Shown here: in pieces, positions 23,601-25,724 of the stretch
How the letters are laid out: the number at the start of each line of letters is the position of its first letter
Position numbering within the stretch: the first letter of the stretch is position 1
Virus record (IMG/VR): IMGVR_UViG_3300006217_000018
Coordinates: 1 to 25,724 of that record
Source of the DNA: a virus
Lineage: Duplodnaviria > Heunggongvirae > Uroviricota > Caudoviricetes
Length of the DNA: 25,724 bases
Strand: one strand, 5' to 3'
Position numbers and translations under genes: made by a program
Notes under the pieces: generated by a model
The model's database searches: none
Seen by the model: only the letters and a program-made list of their open reading frames with translations
What the model was told of the DNA's origin: nothing

Positions 23601-24686
23601 ATGGATGAGAAGATAATATATGAGATTATGCATATGGACAGAAGGGTTGCAAGAATTAGCGAATCTGGACATTGTAAGATATATTTTAGTTCGTTTATGC
23701 CATATAATTTGTATTTAGAAGAGGACGAAGATGTGGACACGTTAGTTAATAATATTACAAATTTTAATTATTGGTGTGCCACAAGAGTCCTTACTTTAGA
23801 TAGAAAATATGCAAAAGAGATATTAAATAGCATAGGTATGCTACAAGCAGTAACAGATAAAGAAAGGGCAAAAATCGCGTTATCATATAGATGTGCTTCG
23901 TTAACAGATGTTTTTTGGGTTAAATTAAGCAAAGAAAAGATTTCATTTAGTGAAATAAATTTGTATGAAAATCATCTGAATAATACTTTTATTGACATTG
24001 CTTTGAGAGGAAGACAGTATACGGTACAAAATGAGTGTTTGGCCAGGGATTTGTCAACAAATGGCTGTTTCCCAAAAGCTTGGCAGAGGGTTGAGAGTGG
24101 ATTTAGGTTATTAAAAGATGGGGATCAAGATGCGGTTGAGCGTGAAATTCTTGCCAGCAAAATATGCAGGTGTTTTGATGTTGCACAGGTATTATATGAA
24201 AGAGACTATTTTGATGGAGAAAAAGTAAGCGTAAGCAGTAATATTACAAGCATAGATTACTCAATTGTGCCTATGGAGTTTTTTGAAATATATTCTTTGA
24301 ATCATAACAGAAATACAAAAAATTATATACTTTCCCTGGATAGACACAATTATTATATGATGAATATCATAGATTATTTGATTGGGAATACGGATAGGCA
24401 TTGGGGCAATTGGGGAGTTTTGGTTAGAAATTCAAATAATAAGCCGATTAGATTATACGATCTTATGGATTTCAACCAATCATTTAATGCTTACGACAAT
24501 ATAGAGGGAGCAAATTGTCAGACTATGTTTGGGGAACATATTACTCAAAAAGATGCTGCCATTAAATCTGTAAAAAGGATTGGGTTAAATCAATTAAAAG
24601 ATGTTGGTAAAGAATGTTTTTGCGAATTGCCGCAATTTTACCAGATGTTTTGTGAAAGGTTGGAATTATTAAAATCTGGCATTTAG
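23601..24686 (+). CDS. HipA-like Ser/Thr kinase (361 aa)
   Basis: STNGCFPKAW, LLKDG..EILAS, catalytic GNTDRHWGNWG, LMDFNQSF; GAGGTGG RBS. Confidence 0.8.
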   Translation: MDEKIIYEIMHMDRRVARISESGHCKIYFSSFMPYNLYLEEDEDVDTLVNNITNFNYWCATRVLTLDRKYAKEILNSIGMLQAVTDKERAKIALSYRCASLTDVFWVKLSKEKISFSEINLYENHLNNTFIDIALRGRQYTVQNECLARDLSTNGCFPKAWQRVESGFRLLKDGDQDAVEREILASKICRCFDVAQVLYERDYFDGEKVSVSSNITSIDYSIVPMEFFEIYSLNHNRNTKNYILSLDRHNYYMMNIIDYLIGNTDRHWGNWGVLVRNSNNKPIRLYDLMDFNQSFNAYDNIEGANCQTMFGEHITQKDAAIKSVKRIGLNQLKDVGKECFCELPQFYQMFCERLELLKSGI

Positions 24687-24747
24687 CAGATGTTCCGCAG
24701 TTTATATGAGTTGCAATATTGAATGATTTGCAATCTGTCATACGTTT

Positions 24748-24831
24748 TGGATGGTGACTGAATTGTAAGGTACGCATTTTTTAATGTGGTTGCCCTGCGG
24801 GGGCATGGAGGTTCGAATCCTTTCCATCTAA
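24748..24831 (+). tRNA. Degenerate type-II (long variable arm, Leu/Ser-like) tRNA pseudogene; anticodon unassignable
   Basis: Acceptor TGGATGG/CCATCTA, D arm ACT..GGT, anticodon stem CGCAT/ATGTG with a 6-nt loop, variable stem TGCCC/GGGCA, T arm GGAGG-TTCGAAT-CCTTT; no CCA. Confidence 0.7.
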
Positions 24832-25146
24832 GTTATTATATTAGTGTATTTGCATAAGTCGGTGTTATCTTTACGAGGAAAGCGTATGCGATTCCCGTAA
24901 AGATGAAACAAAGCCGACAGAAGTAAGAATAATTTCGCTATCGCACACAATTTTGAGGAAGGAGAGTATTTACATATGAAAAATGGATACTTGACTATTA
25001 TACAACAATTTAAGAAAACATTAAATAATGAAGGAATTAGCAGGATACAGGATTCTAAATTGAGAAAATATGTTACAATCATTGGAAGATGCATATAGTA
25101 GGCGTTTCCAAGATTTATTGAGGAGGTTAATATAAAATCATCAGAT

Positions 25147-25392
25147 ATGGAAAAATTAAAACCATATGTTGTAACAAAACAAAGCACAGATGGAAGTTTA
25201 GAAATAGGAGACATTATTTGGATTTCAAACGATGGGCGTTTAGTTTCTACTAAGGGTTGTGGATTACTGGAAAATGAAGAATGGACGTCCATTAACACAT
25301 CTGACTTTGAGGTTGATGAATACGTAACATATTACATTGATGTTATTGAAGGAAAGAGAGAAACTATAAGACCAATAAATAATATAATTTGA
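25147..25392 (+). CDS. Hypothetical protein (81 aa)
   Basis: Intact ORF; a strong GAGGAGG about 20 nt upstream precedes an in-frame ATA, so the original start may have been mutated. Confidence 0.65.
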   Translation: MEKLKPYVVTKQSTDGSLEIGDIIWISNDGRLVSTKGCGLLENEEWTSINTSDFEVDEYVTYYIDVIEGKRETIRPINNII

Positions 25393-25405
25393 CATATTGA
25401 TATGT

Positions 25406-25440
25406 AAGAGTGCTGCATAATATAAGCAACACTCTTTTTT
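25406..25440. terminator. Intrinsic terminator between convergent genes
   Basis: AAGAGTG-C-TGC...GCA-A-CACTCTT followed by a T-run. Confidence 0.65.
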
Positions 25441-25446
25441 GTAAAT

Positions 25447-25695
25447 TCAATAATCAATTCTTTTGTGAAATTCTGGATCATTAGTGCGACCTATTAAAAA
25501 ATCAATAGACACATTAAAATGATCGGCAATTTTGATTAGCATCTCAATACTTGGCTTTCTTTGAGCGTTTTCAAAATTGCTAATAGTAGATTTTGTAGTA
25601 CCTATTGCATTTGCTAGTTGTAGCATTGTTGAACCTTCTGAATTGCGAAGATCTCTTAAACGTGATGCGAAACTATGACAATCAAATAAAAACAT
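25447..25695 (-). CDS. XRE-family HTH regulator (82 aa)
   Basis: FASRLRDLR..TMLQLANAIGTTKSTISNFENAQRKPS..LIKIADHFNVSIDFLIGR; AGGGGTG RBS gives start 25695. Confidence 0.93.
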   Translation of the reverse strand: MFLFDCHSFASRLRDLRNSEGSTMLQLANAIGTTKSTISNFENAQRKPSIEMLIKIADHFNVSIDFLIGRTNDPEFHKRIDY

Positions 25696-25724
25696 AAAAT
25701 CACCCCTTGACATATGTATGCAGA

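Larger units (their letters stand above)
1..25724. mobile_element. Cryptic/decaying prophage-like element (ends lie outside the window)
   Basis: terS/terL, phage-type sigma factor, XRE regulators, dense co-oriented small hypothetical genes, TA genes, many pseudogenes; no housekeeping genes, integrase or att site seen. Confidence 0.75.

Noticed and set aside
433-25298. Most minus-strand and alternate-frame ORFs in the track (e.g. 850-1155, 6956-7198, 7358-7816, 10191-10670, 14261-14611, 19597-19929, 24828-25298)
   Set aside because: They are shadows of better-supported + strand genes, with no RBS or recognisable motifs. Only the two XRE genes are accepted on the minus strand.

Overview
AT-rich, almost entirely + strand region that looks like part of a large, decaying Firmicutes (Clostridiales-like; inferred from composition, RBSs and promoters) prophage or phage-like element. 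No integrase, portal, capsid or tail gene is visible. Contents: (i) two long arrays of small accessory genes (1-3.3 kb; 12.2-21.6 kb). They share three diverged duplicated blocks (hypothetical pseudogene; Zn-ribbon + YefM/YoeB; Fic) with different genes in between. (ii) A regulatory core: an XRE gene divergent from an orphan PemK/MazF gene, then a promoter with two LexA(Cheo)-like boxes upstream of a hypothetical gene, a sigma-factor gene, a DUF262 gene and a small HD/SpoT-like hydrolase gene. (iii) A GC-richer block with terS and terL but no portal, with a Lar-like/RHH gene inserted at the terS/terL overlap. (iv) A 1796-bp IS66-family element with an 8-bp target-site duplication and a frameshifted transposase. 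(v) A HipA-like kinase, a degenerate type-II tRNA and a second XRE gene. Most notable: a recurrent 16-bp imperfect palindrome, T(G/A)AA(A/T)-N6-TTT(C/T)A, lies between the stop codon of one accessory gene and the RBS of the next. It coincides with two of the points where the duplicated blocks switch neighbours, suggesting an integron-like gene-cassette system. All family assignments come from motif recognition by eye; no database search was run.
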